Shown here: one piece after another, positions 27,860 to 39,600 of the stretch | Position numbering within the stretch: position 1 is the first letter of the stretch | Layout: every line of letters begins with the position of its first letter | NCBI RefSeq assembly: GCF_000315625.1 | Contig: NW_005434660.1 | Span: 680,738 to 744,737, forward strand | Source: Guillardia theta CCMP2712 | Lineage: Eukaryota; Protista; Cryptophyta | Direction: 5' to 3' | Length of the DNA: 64,000 nucleotides | Made by a program: the position numbers and the translations under genes | The notes under the pieces: model-generated | Told to the model about the DNA's origin: nothing | Database searches by the model: none | The model's input: only the letters and a program-made list of their open reading frames with translations

Positions 27860-30800
27860 CCCCACTCTCCCACTCTCCCTTTCTCTCGCTCGTTCTCCTA
27901 CACTTTTCTACCACCCACTCTCCCTCCCTCCTTCTCTCTCCATCTCTCTTCCTCCCTCCCACCCACTCCTCCTCCCCTCTCTTCGTCCTCCCTCTCCCTC
28001 CTCTTTACCTTTGCGTTCGTCATCCACACTCCCGTCCATTGCGCGCACACTCCAGCCCCGCAAGAAAGCTTGTCCTCCTGTCCCATCCCATCCTTTCCGC
28101 ACGCCTGGCCGTTCATGGGCCCACCGTAGCAGTAGAAGGACGGAGAAGAAACGTGGAGGTCCTGAGCAGGAGGAGACAAAGTCACGAGCAAGGAGGAGGT
28201 GGGAGAAGTTGCTTACCGGGGAGGAGCGGAAGAGAGGAAGGCTGACTCCGCGGTAGATGGTGTAACGAGCTAGGAGGGAAAGAGTGAGGAACCTTGGCGT
28301 CCTTTTTCCTTCTGGTATGTTCCCTCCCTCCCCTCCCCTCCCCTCCCCTCCCCTCCCCTCCCCTCCCCTCCCNNNNNNNNNNNNNNNNNNNNNNNNNNNN
28401 NNNNNNNNNNNNNNNNNNNNNNNNNNNNNNNNNNNNNNNNNNNNNNNNNNNNNNNNNNNNNNNNNNNNNNNNNNNNNNNNNNNNNNNNNNNNNNNNNNNN
28501 NNNNNNNNNNNNNNNNNNNNNNNNNNNNNNNNNNNNNNNNNNNNNNNNNNNNNNNNNNNNNNNNNNNNNNNNNNNNNNNNNNNNNNNNNNNNNNNNNNNN
28601 NNNNNNNNNNNNNNNNNNNNNNNNNNNNNNNNNNNNNNNNNNNNNNNNNNNNNNNNNNNNNNNNNNNNNNNNNNNNNNNNNNNNNNNNNNNNNNNNNNNN
28701 NNNNNNNNNNNNNNNNNNNNNNNNNNNNNNNNNNNNNNNNNNNNNNNNNNNNNNNNNNNNNNNNNNNNNNNNNNNNNNNNNNNNNNNNNNNNNNNNNNNN
28801 NNNNNNNNNNNNNNNNNNNNNNNNNNNNNNNNNNNNNNNNNNNNNNNNNNNNNNNNNNNNNNNNNNNNNNNNNNNNNNNNNNNNNNNNNNNNNNNNNNNN
28901 NNNNNNNNNNNNNNNNNNNNNNNNNNNNNNNNNNNNNNNNNNNNNNNNNNNNNNNNNNNNNNTTTTTGTCCTCTGGGATTTCAGGATAAGTCATCGGACC
29001 TCACAACCGTTTCCTGCCTTCCCTTGCCCACCCAGTGCCTCTCTCCCCATCTTTCCTCCCCCCCCCCTCGTGTCCATCCTCGATCTCCCTGCCTTCTTCA
29101 CCCTGTCGAAATGTCGGCAAAAACTCTCCGCTACAATCAAATTTGCTTTAAATCATCACTGAACACCATTGTTGTCTCCGTCCTTCCTTTCCTGACTTCT
29201 GTCTCCATCAGAAATACAACCGTCCTTGTACTCATCGTTGCCCTAGTCCTCGTCCTTGTCTCCCCCCTCCTCCTCCTCTCTCAACAACATCGTCGTCATC
29301 CACCTCCTCCTCTCTACCAGCAAGTGCAATCGAATGTCCGTCTCCTCCCTTGATGGCAGATATTTTCACTCCCGCATTCGAAAGCAGCGATACCCTGGAA
29401 GGAGTGTGAAAAAAGGAGTCAAACAAGGCTATCAGCTCCTCACAATCTTGGCTGGAACTCGCAGAAATTGCTCTGTTTGCAAATTTTATCGTTTCCAGTT
29501 GTCGAGAACCCTTGATCAACATGGTTATCATCTTCGTTACCACCTGCACCACTCCTACCAACCCCATTGTGATCATGATCATTATCTATCATCCACATCA
29601 TCTAAATCTATTATCATGATCTACTTTCGTGATCTACTATCATCATGTACCATCATCATCTACTATCATCATCTACTATCATCATCTACTATCATCATCC
29701 ACTATCATCATCGTCGTCATTGTCATCATTATCTCATCTATCGTCTATCATTATTTTGTGTTGTTGCTGTTATCATCTCTTCCGTGACTACTACATTCGC
29801 ACCAAGTTGTCCTTGGGTGTTCAATCCAAACGCGTACAGCTCTCCATACTCCCCGATAACTGCCAGTCACACCGTCAGAAGAACATCCGTTTCCTCCTTT
29901 CCCTCCTGTCCTCCCCCTCTCCTTTCTTCCCCTCGTTTCCTCCTCCGCTTCTCATTCGAACTCTTTCCCTCCTCCTCGTCCTCCTCTCTCTCGCTCCTCC
30001 CCTCTACCATCCTCCTCTTTGGTTTTCTGCCTCTTACCAAAACTGAATTGAGCCCCGCATCCGATACCCCTGCTCAATGTCATGCAAGAACCAAGAAGGT
30101 TAAAACCTTCACCGAGCCTTGTTGGTCAATGCCACAGCGAGAGGAGGCGACATGAAAGTTCTTCCTGCAGGTGAAGAAATTTGTCAGATAGTGAACACAC
30201 CTCATGACCTTGTACTCTCTTTTCCTTGCCGGCAACCTTTGTCATATTCTTCTGCCCTCGTCATATCATCGTCCTGCTAACTCTCTAGCCTAACTACATC
30301 CTCTCCCTTTCTTTGTCTTCCTCCCTCCTCCTCCTCCTCCTCCCTCCTCCTCCTCCCTCTCTCTCGTCGCTCCTCCTTACTCTCCCTCCTCCCTCTGTCC
30401 TCTTTTCCGCTTTACCTGTCTGTCCCATGTCTGCATTTCCCCACGACAGCACCGCTCCCCCGGGCATCAGCGCAAGTCCGTGGGTCGTTCCCAGGCACAG
30501 GTCCACAGCTCCTCTCAGCGCCGCTACTTCCGCAGGCTCTGCTACGTACTGACTTATGTTGGCGTACCCCAGCCCCAGCTGCTGCAACTGGTTCCTCCCG
30601 AAGCCGAACACGCTTCCTCCTCGTGTCATGACCATGCTGAAGTCGAGCCCTGCAAAAACTCTCTTCACAGGGGACCCCAGCACCGACGCGGTGAGCCTGG
30701 AGGAGACGATGGGGGAGAAGAAATAGCATGGCTGCATCTGTGCGCATCCAGAGCAGGAAGAGCAGTGGCTTTGTTCGCAGCATCCGTTCCCCAGACATCC

Positions 30801-31391
30801 CTGGTTTGCCGATCCCCATGCAAACACAGTCCCGTCCTCTGCCAGGGCGAGGACGTGCTCGCTGCCGGCCGAGACGTCAACGATGATGGATTGCTCGCCG
30901 TTGGATCCCGAGATGTTGGGGAAGACAACCTGCAAAGGGCTCTTCTGACAGAAGATAGCTCCTCCCCCTGCCTGACAGTTGCCCTGAAGGCAAAGACTGG
31001 CTACCACCCCGAGGTTTCCTGTCGTGCAGTCTCCGAAGCTGTACAGTCTTCCTTCGGACGTGAGGATCAGAGAATACTCTCCCATCCCTCCTCCTCCTCC
31101 CACCCCCGTTACGACCTTGGTCACGTTCTTTCCTCGCCACCAAGTGTTCAACTGGTCGGACAGCGCTGGAGAGGATATTTTCGCCACATTCGAGTCCGTG
31201 CCGAGCTGGCCTCTCTCGTTCGACCCCCACACCCACACGTTGCTCTCACTCCTTGCTGCCACCTCGTCGCCCACTGCAAGGTCCATGCTGTTGCACAGGA
31301 TACACACGAAGAGCAGTGACGACCAAAGGTGCATCGTTACACTCTGACTTAACAACATCCGGCGGTATCGTAGCAGCGCTCCTGCCTCCAT
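26240..31391 (-). CDS. Type I membrane protein: signal peptide, RCC1 repeats, (gap), Cys-rich motif, Fn3-associated/CHB_HEX_C-like domain, TM helix, basic cytoplasmic tail
   Basis: Signal MHLWSSLLFVCILC. RCC1 repeats VWVWGSNERGQLG, VSAGSEHVLALAEDGTVFAWG and LYAFGLNTQGQLG. Then VTITS..AKIFYT..EP..S.VYSDPF..TVRARAYLSGYKASDV and TM WLTYLLIAAGVVLVFLLVMLAVYFI-RRRKR. Continuity across the gap is inferred. Confidence 0.7.
27789..27857. repeat. (GCCT)n tetranucleotide microsatellite, intronic
   Basis: Directly visible. Confidence 0.95.
28373..28961. other. Assembly gap preceded by (CCCCT)n
   Basis: N bases. Confidence 0.99.
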
Positions 31392-31954
31392 CCGTCAAGT
31401 CCGAGGGATCAGCCCTCCTCTCGCCAAGGCTGAACCTTCACTGCCCCTTCCCTGGTCCTCTCCTCTTGACACTCAACAGGCGCCATCGCTACCTCGCCCT
31501 TCTGCAGCAACTACAGTCAAAGTAGGTCAAAGATACAACTTTATTGTAAACATCGAGCGGTAGCAGAATTCAGTACCACTGATGCGACTACAGTATGGAA
31601 TATACAATTAATTTATGATTTGTATTGACTTTGGTACAGATCGAAACTGCCAACCTGGCAGTAATCTTAAAACTCTAAAACTCTCTGACCATCATCGACA
31701 GGTGTTGCTATGCCCTCCATCCACAAGGGCACTGAAACGGCGGTTGAGAAGTCGTTATCCTCGTTGTTGCAAACGTAACGGATATTACAACCGTCCTGGA
31801 ATCACTGCAATGCTTCTTGTACCGGCTCCCCTCTCCCCCCCTCCTCGCGCCTCCCCCCGCCCCTGCTCTTCCTTGCCGCTCCCATCCTCGCAGTGAAGTG
31901 CTGCAAGGATCGTCTGGATCTGGTGGACTCGCCTCGTCCCGTCGGCCGGTCGCC

Positions 31955-34472
31955 ATGTCAGTGTGGGGTCTCATCTGCTGCTCATTCAAGCGGCAACGCT
32001 TGCGTGAGAACTACACCTTCTGGAGTCAGAAGCAGAGAGACCTCGCAATCGCCGAGATTCACGCCAGACAGTTTCGCATCCAAGTGACTTCACTTAAAGG
32101 TTGCGATCTCAGCATGACATGGTCGCAGGTGTACGCGAGTATCGTAGCCGTCATCTCGGTGCTGACAGCAGTCCTCGTCTCCGAGATGTGCGGGGTTGGC
32201 TCACCGGACACTGAGGACCTCAAGACGTGGTCGGAGGCCGTCAAGAATCACACGATACTGCTGCAGTACAAGGAAGATGGAGGCTTCGCTTTCACCTCTT
32301 CCCAGCCATGCACAGCGAGTGCCAACACCCCCAAGCTGATCTGCTCGCTGTTGGCTGCTGTGAGCATCATGTTGCTGCTCGCCTACTATCAGCTTGAAGG
32401 GCGTCTAGACCATCTCATAGGCTCCAACTGGAGAGCCGAGCGAAAAACCATGTCAAGCTACCTCAAATCCATCTTTGGGTGGACTACTGAAAGCAAGCGA
32501 TTTCAGGTCCTGCTGCTGGAAATAGCCATCAATGTCGTACACCCCTTTCCTTTCATGTCTTTGCAGTTCCTCACCAACTGCTACATCTTCCAAGTTGGCT
32601 TTTTCACTCGAGACTTCAGAACAGAGAGCCTCCTTTGCGGTATTTGGTGCGAAGAGTTTTTTGAACATGTTACCCCCTGAGTGAATACCTACAGTTTCAT
32701 CAAGCTCTATCACATCTTTCGTTTGTACCGCCTGTTTACATTCAGACAACAGTATAACAAGGGGATCATAATCTCGTCTAAGATCCTCGGAGTCGACTTG
32801 ACAAGAAACGAAATCCCGAACTCGGCAAAGTTTACCATGAAGGTTGAATGAACGTCCCACCTCTCATATTACTTCTCACATCTCAATTTTCAACTCTGAA
32901 GGCCACTCTGACACTTTGTCGCAGTTCGCGATCATGAAGCTCCCAGGGATCACGGCGCTGCTTTTCTTCGTCATGTACATCTGCGTGGTCTCCTACCTGC
33001 TTCGACTCGCAGAGGCTCCATTTCAAAAAGACCTCTACATCAACATCTGGAACCCAATGGTGTGTTCGTTCTTCTTTTCATGCCCGATGCTTACTTCTCT
33101 GTCTTCCAACCTTTAGTGGATGCTAATCGTTACGGTCTGATTTGTACGTCTTGCTCGCCGAGCACGACTGATGGCTTCACAGACGTTCGGTGTTGGGTAC
33201 GGGGACTCAACACCCATCACTCTGCTGGGGAGGACTATCATATCGTTTGCAATAGCTTATTCTATGTGAGATGGCGCACCCAACAGGAGTCCAACACTTG
33301 ACTTGAGTCCGCAGACTCTACTTGTCAACTGTAACAGCCATCTTCTGCGACGCTGGTCTGCTGATCTTTCCCGGAGGTGGCTGTCTAGTCTTGACGGTCG
33401 TTATGTGGTCAGTTGAGTTCAACAACAAGGAGAAGAGGATCTTTCTTAAGGTGCGAGTTTGTAAGGCTAGATGCCGTGTGTCTGATTGAGAGAGCTCGCA
33501 GATGGAAGAGGAGCAGTGGGAGTTTGAGAACGCGAAAGCAGCTGCAATCGTGATCCAGGTGATATCTTGCTTGCCGTCCTTCACATAGAATTCTCATCCA
33601 GATCCTCTACAGCGATTATGGCGAGGACAGGACCCAAAAGTAAAAGCCAAGGCCTTCATGCTCCAACGAAGCAAGGTCCTGCTACTGTTTGACATTGTTG
33701 TCTTCTGATTTGAATTCCTTACCAGTATCGCAAATGGAGGGAGAGGATGTACGGAGAAAAATGTTACAATTACTTGAGATCTGGTGAACACTCGCACGAT
33801 GCCCAAGACGAGGAACTCAGGAAGACAAGCAGCAGGCTTGACGAGATAGAGAGCATGGTACCTTGTCCCAAGTGTAGACGGGAACTGATTTGGAGACTCT
33901 TGGCAGACAAATTCCTACATCGTAGAGCAGGCAAGGCTCAGAGAAGAATCTGCCCAGAAGCTGCAGAGGGTAGCGCACTACCTCCAGTTCATGCAGACAG
34001 CGGTACATGAACATTGCGATCTAATCAGCTTGTTCGCTTATTTCTTCCTCCTTCTCCTCTTCAAGGTCGGCAAGTGCCATCAAGCGCACAGCAAGACCTT
34101 TCAGGTTCGTTCAAGAATAATCGTCTGGAGCACCTGACACGTCGCTTGTACCAGCAAGACTTCGAGTCAAGAACAGAATCTCAGCGCTGGTTTGTAGACA
34201 TTCTGACGGCAGACGAGCAAAAGTTGATCCGCCACATCATGACAGTGCACCAAGAGGTCTGGCTCGCCCTCGCCTCCTCCCTCGCCTTCTTCCTCGCGTC
34301 CTCCCCCGCCTCCTCCCCCGCCTCCTCAGATTCTCTTGCTCCATCGCGCGATTGGCGTCCGAGTGACCTGCGGCAGGTTCTTGCAGACGGGTCGAGCAAC
34401 GAGCTGCAGGAAGAGAAGCTGAAGCTTCTCGTAGACGTGCTCTCCCTGCGGGTTGCCCTTCAAGGACACTGA
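31955..34472 (+). CDS. 6-TM potassium-channel-family subunit, SK/KCNN-like, with an IQ-type calmodulin-binding motif
   Basis: LEIAINVVHPFP (SK S3-like), RLYRLF (S4), pore WMLIVT|TFGVGYGDSTPITLLGR, then AKAAAIVIQ|RLWRG and a coiled-coil tail. Many short introns. Confidence 0.85.
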
Positions 34473-34526
34473 CTGTCGGTTTTCAGGCCTTCCATGCTTC
34501 GGTAGAGCTCATTCACGCTGTCCGTC

Positions 34527-35690
34527 CTAGGCTGGAGCGGCTGGAAGGGAGAGCCGTCGAGGGAAGCAGAAAGAACTTGGCAAGGATTCGATGATGTGAA
34601 GGATAGATGGGAGCAACGGCAAGGGAGGAGGGGCAGGATGCATCAGTAGCAGCTTGATCTTTGAGGGGCACTGACAAGATGTTTGCCACATGCGTATGTA
34701 TAGATGTGTTTCATTAGTAAAGGTTGCTCGGTGGGCCAAGTTCAAAGGGAGCAGAGCCTGAGTCCCGGCCCGCTCGCAAAGATCAGATGCACGATGGCGT
34801 CTAAAGGTTCAGGTGCAGGCACAGGGGGTGTGTTACATCAAGAGTCCGATGCGAGGATAATCGTTGACGGTGCGACGGCGAGCAAGAGATGCTGCTACAG
34901 GGTGGAGAAGGAGGAAGGGAGGAGGGGGGTAGTAGGGAGGGGGTTGACAAGGGAGTAGGTGAAACAGAGGGAACATAGGAGCAGAAGAAATGGCTGAGAG
35001 TCAATGCTGACCTTACCTGCTATCATCGCGTGTCTCTTGCCCGAGCTAGTGAGAGCTCTCCCCTCCCCTCTTTCTCCTGTGTCTCCTCCCCTCTGTCTAC
35101 TCTGACTCCTCTGTCTCCTTTGTCTCCTCTTCCTCTGTTTCTTCGCTCTCCTCGCTCTCCACTCTCTCGAAGTTCCATTGGAGGGACAGTCAGTGAAGGG
35201 ACAGGAAGTGATGGGAGCAGAGGAATGTATGGAGGCCACAAGCAAGATTGTGGAGCAGAGGAATCGTTGACCAGCGACGTACAGATGAAGGAAGTGAAAG
35301 GGGATCTCGAAAGTCGTTCTCTCTGGCGTGGAGTAGTATGAGAGCAGCGAGGAAGAGAGAATTAATGGAGGGGCGAGAGAGATAGAACTGGACCACTACA
35401 TCTAGAGGAGGGAGGAAGGGTGGGTGGGGGAGGGGGGGAGAAGGAGAGGGAGAGGACGTGCATGAAGGCAGGGCACAACCAGTGCTCGGTTGTTGCAGGG
35501 CCCCGGGAGTGCGGTAGAGCCTGGGGCATGTACGGAGCGAGCGGGGACTGGGAGGAGGAGGACGGAGGAGGAGGAAGGAGGAAGGAGGAAGAAGGAGGAT
35601 ACATGGTGATCCTGTCAGAGGTGATGTCATTGAAATGAGGCTTTTGCAGAGTCTCAGTCGGAGATCTCAACTTTGAACACCTGTGAGGAC
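34527..35690 (-). CDS. Probable multi-exon hypothetical gene
   Basis: Minus-strand splice-like borders with low-complexity introns; no recognisable domain. Confidence 0.3.
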
Positions 35691-35694
35691 TTGG

Positions 35695-36342
35695 CCTTTA
35701 GAATATAGGAAATCTATAGTATATGTTCCACAAAGTTCCGATCTGATAGCGGTTTATGTTTTTTTCCCTAGGATAGAATCGGGAACATATGTAGCCTATG
35801 TGGAATTTTATAGTGCTTTTATTGGACTTTTTTCCCGCCAAGGTTCCAGTGTGTAATACCAATAACTCAATTTTAAACATTGTTTTTGTTATTTTTAATC
35901 CTTTGTCATTAAAAATGTACTTATACAAGTTTTGAAATGAAATTCCATAATGTTTCCTACAAAGATGCTTTCAATATTTCAATTAAAAAAAGATGATCAA
36001 ATACAACTTTGAAATCACTGTGACATTTTCTATTAAAACAGTATTTACACAGTTACCTCTGGAGTTATATATATATTGCATTATCAGTACAAAAATATTT
36101 GACTTGTACCAGAATCAGATTTCAGTAGACGACACAAAAACAAAATCGTAAAATTGAAGATCAGACGAAGACCTGCTCTATAAAGAAAAAGTAGAATGAT
36201 TCCTACGGGTTTAACAACTATATTTTCTTTCAAAACTATATAAACATTATATATGTTTATTTAAAATATTAAGGTACAAAATGGTCTCCAATGGGCTCTA
36301 ATAATTCGTATTGAATTTAAGAACTGTTTTAGAGACTTTTTG
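35695..36342. other. Sharply bounded AT-rich segment
   Basis: Visibly much more AT-rich than the flanks; no long ORF. Confidence 0.8.
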
Positions 36343-36687
36343 CTTGCCGGGCCTCGCGCACCGTCCTCTCCCGCCATGGTAGCGGGACGACAGGGAAGCG
36401 GCATGCACACCTAGTTCTTCAGAGATTGAGGCCTCTTCTTCGTCCTCGTCCTCTTCCTCGTCGTCCTTCTCCTCCTCCCCTCATTTCTCTCCGTCCTGGT
36501 TCTTATTCCCTCTTCGCCTCCCTACCTTCTCTCCTTCACATCTCAAGCTTCGACTGCTGAACCTCTCCCAAGCTAAAAAGCAGCTCCCTACTTTCCGCGC
36601 CTTGATTTTCTGGTTGCTCTAGCTTATTGCGTGTCTCGTTTGGTTGTTGTGCCAAGTCCTTGAGCAGCAAAACAAAGTCTCTGTACG

Positions 36688-39600
36688 ATGTCGTCCGAGC
36701 GTCTAGCAACCAAGGCTAGCAGGCTGGCTTCCCAGCAAGACGAAGAAAGGAGGATGCTGCAAGGAAACTTTCGTGTAGAGAGGCGACACGATGACACTGT
36801 GCACTGTGCTGAGGGTGTTCCTGAAGGTAATCCATGAAGCATTCTTGTCTCTGCTGTATCTTGTTTGCCTGTTTTCCGTGAACTTCGTTTCACTAACTGT
36901 TTGTGCCCTCAGGATGGAAGGTTTTTGCGCAAGTCGAAAATCAGACAGCTCAAGTCTATTTTGTGTCACCGTGTGGAAAGATCATGACTCGCATCGAGCA
37001 AGTGCAAGAATTTCTGCAGCACACATCAGGGGACATTGAGCACAAAGATCCCAGGAAGGGAGACATCATCGAGGCAGAGATGGAAAACCCTGTCAAGGAT
37101 GGAGAAATCGAGTGGGTTAAGGGTGTTGTGAAGAAAGCCAACTTTCAAAAGAGAACCTTCAAGGTAGTGTTTAATATCCAAGAAGCCGATGAAGAAGGGT
37201 GCTGGGAGGAAGAATACTCTGTGAGATCACGAGTAATACCGTTTCTGCCCTGACATGTCTGTGTAGATGGATGCTATGGATGAATGGAGGTGGCCAAAGC
37301 TGACCATTGACATATTGCAAAAGTGCGCAGATAGTGTAGAACAGTCTTGTAGGGAAAGCCTGCATGAATCAGCCATTTACGACAAGAACGATGAGCAAAC
37401 TGGATTAGAACATGCTGTTAAGGTAGAGGCAGCCGATGGTGAATCAGACAATCTGAAGAAGTCTGTTGAGGTAATTACAGCCCTTGCTTGTTGCATGTTT
37501 GATTGCCTCACCGTGAACATGCAGCTCTTCGGAAAGAGGTTTCGGATTAAACTTCTCCTCAACACACTAAAGAAGATGGATGGACTCGGGAATTTTGAGA
37601 CGTTCAACCGTTGGAGTGATCTGGTGAGGAGAAGATGTACAATGATTGTCTCCTGATTGACACTCTTGAAATAGATGAATGCTTTGAAAATAGAACCCGA
37701 AAGCCTTGGACTGACTTATGAAAAAGTGAGATCAGTTCTGAAGAAGTTTTACAAGAAGCATTTGAACAAGTCTAAGGGAAAGGAGGGAACATCAGGCAAG
37801 TGGCCTGAAAGGTCTTCAATCAGTCCAATCAATAGTCCAGCTAAATCTCCGAAGTCAAAAGGCCGTCAAGTGGGGGATAGGCTTTCAGTGGGAATGGAGC
37901 TCGAAGCCGAGATGAGTAGTGAAAGTGGGGCTAAGGAATGGATGCGGGGCACTGTCACAGATATAAATCATAACAATCATACTTTTGAAATGGAATTCAA
38001 CGTGCAAACAAGGGATGAAGTTGGAAACTGGAAAGAAGTGTACAAGTTTCAGGAGGTTGACAAGGAATGGAGATTTCCTTCGGTGGTTCGCGAACCGTCA
38101 CCGACAACAGTGCAAGAATCCAGTGTGACAGACTGGCATGAAGTGTCAGTAGACAGTGAACAAAACCATTCCGCCGAACTTGCTTCACTGGAACCTACAG
38201 ACATTCAAACGGGATCGATTGATGTAAGCCGCTGCAGCTGCTGTTGTCTTGATTTGTTGTTGACATCCCAAGCAGAGCATCGAAGTAGCTGGGAGACATT
38301 GTAAATATGAAGACTTGTACAAGATCGTGAATGAGTTGGGTGGTTTCTCTGTTGTCGATAGCGCAAGGAAGTGGGCGCAAGTGGTACTCATGCTTATGCG
38401 CTCATTACTATCTTGTCTAATCTTGTTGCAGGCACGTGCTTTGAATGTGAACACAAGATTGCATCGAACGGCTGGTTCCAAGATTAAAGCCTTTTACAAG
38501 AGTTTTCATTTCCCCTCCCCGTCGGTTGCGTGCAAGGAAGATCCCGAGACTGAAGAAATTAGTAACAAGATACAAGTTGGAATGGAAATTGAAGCAGAAA
38601 TGGAAGATGGCAAAGGTGGAACAGAGTGGATTCGTGGAAAGATTACAAAACATGATAAGAAGAAAAAGTCTTTACATGTATTCTTCACTGTTCAAACTGA
38701 GACGGAAATCGGGGAATGGACCGATGAATACAGAATTGAAGACTATGGCACGGAATGGCGTTTCATTACACAAAACGAAGATACAATCGAAATATGTGAA
38801 ATAACTGAATCACAAATAGATCAAGACGAAGGAACCGATCCTAAGCTTGAGGAAATACCAGATGAAGCTATTCGAGTGAGTGATGTGAGACCGATCATGG
38901 TTTGTTGATGACCCTGATTGCGCAGATATGCTCAGTTAATATCAGACTCCGTAAGTTGTTCCACCTTGTCTACAATGAGGGTGGTCCTGACAGTTGCACC
39001 AATAATAAGAGATGGACATCAATTGTAAGATGGGGGTGGCGAGAGCTTGCCGATGGTGACTTTGGTGCAGGCTAAGAAGCTGACAATAGACCCAAAGAAG
39101 TTCACCAACTGTGCATTTCTGATGAAGAAGACCTACATGCACCACATCTACCCACTCGTCGATGATGTCAACACAAGGTGGCCACAGCCTGATGACGAAG
39201 TGTTGGTGAATGTGTCAGAGAATGGAAGGGAACATTGGAGAGTCGGAAAAGTCACATCTGTCGAGTCGTCCCTACGGACTTTCATGGTTAGGATGCATCG
39301 GTCAACAGGGCCAGAGACAGAGCATGAAAATCAAGACCTCTCACATCAAGAAGGCTCCCCTATGAAGCTCGATGCAAAAACGGAAAGCATGGAACCCTTC
39401 TCAGAGGTTGGGCCATTGAGGATGTCTTACTTGAACCGGGAATGGAAACGGGTCGACTCAGCTGAGGAGAAGGATATCAAGACTGAGGTGAAAGCGTTGA
39501 CTCGAGCCTATGCTGTAGTCATCGTGAGACAGGACGATCAGAATCAATTACATAGTGACAAGAAGTCAAGCTCAACAAGTCGGAAGAAGCGCGATCGTGA

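Noticed and set aside
29256-30155. 299-aa plus-strand ORF
   Set aside because: It overlaps minus-strand RCC1 exons and runs through (ATC)-rich and CT-rich intronic low-complexity sequence.
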